Shown here one piece after another: positions 34,382 through 34,846 of a stretch of 34,846 nucleotides of DNA; position 1 is the first letter of the stretch; every line of letters begins with the position of its first letter. Made by a program: the position numbers and the translations under genes. This DNA comes from Hydrurus foetidus (taxonomy: Eukaryota), in the NCBI GenBank assembly GCA_900617105.1, contig UYFQ01000052.1, positions 1 through 34,846 on the forward strand, read 5' to 3'. Below the pieces are notes generated by a model. It had not been told where the DNA came from. It ran no database searches and was given only the letters and a program-made list of their open reading frames with translations.

Positions 34382-34846
34382 TGTATAGTATAGTACGAAC
34401 CCTCTGACCTCACGCAAATGAACGTTCGCCTTTCATGATTCTTCAGTATCGCCAAAACACTTCGTTACTATAAGCATTCATGCAACGTTCCTCAAGCACA
34501 TGCTATGAACAACACATCTCGCTGTGAACTTTGTCTCAAGGTAGTTTCACTGTCATGAACTGTTCTGATAGCTCTTTTGCGTGGCTATCTGTAAACTCTA
34601 ATCAGAATTTAATACGTTGTACTTCACAGCTTCGTCTACTCGATAGCTCACTGAATTGAGACAGTAGCCTGCAGCTTCTTCTCCACCTTGGCTGCGAACG
34701 CTAGAAGGTGACATCTTGTATTTAGTCTTACATGGTAGCGATTGGTTATAGTGATTAAACGATTGCCGTGGATTGCAGGATTCTGAATTTTCTTCCTCAA
34801 CTTTCAGAGCCCTGCAATCATGAGTGACAATGGACCTGAAGACGAG
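34382..34846 (+). mobile_element. 5' end of another LTR retrotransposon (putative LTR 34382-34732, PBS 34733-34744, possible gag ATG 34820)
   Basis: A TGTA...TACA-bounded segment is followed immediately by TGGTAGCGATTG, the same PBS as at 31417-31428. The left LTR edge is inferred from the end of the low-complexity repeat. Confidence 0.65.

Overview
Eukaryotic nuclear DNA with short GT-AG introns and bipartite signal+transit N-termini, which suggests a plastid-bearing stramenopile/ochrophyte (inference). Bases 1-4.8 kb are gene-dense: the 5' end of a minus-strand gene, a CPYC glutaredoxin fused to a membrane domain, an EEF1AKMT1/Efm5-like methyltransferase and an EamA/DMT transporter. From ~5.3 kb to the end is a nested transposon cluster. 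It holds a full-length chromodomain Ty3/Gypsy element (5371-12371, -), a decayed Sola2-like DNA transposon with 17-bp TIRs (13148-18374) and a CoDi-like Ty1/Copia element with identical LTRs (18564-23913, +). It also holds a P-element-like unit with two convergent genes (~23955-33821), itself interrupted by a truncated Copia with a 1344-aa Gag-X-PR ORF and carrying an intronic 184-bp tandem array. An alternating purine/pyrimidine tract and the 5' LTR/PBS of another LTR element close the window. The most notable observations are: (1) the CoDi-like Copia has no tRNA PBS, but the 10 nt after its 5' LTR are the exact reverse complement of a 10-mer inside the LTR, suggesting Tf1-like self-priming; (2) a possible split P-type transposase system; (3) a Copia Gag with a CCCH-type finger and an unknown ~240-aa domain; (4) a palindrome in place of the PBS and a +1 gag/pol junction in the Gypsy element.
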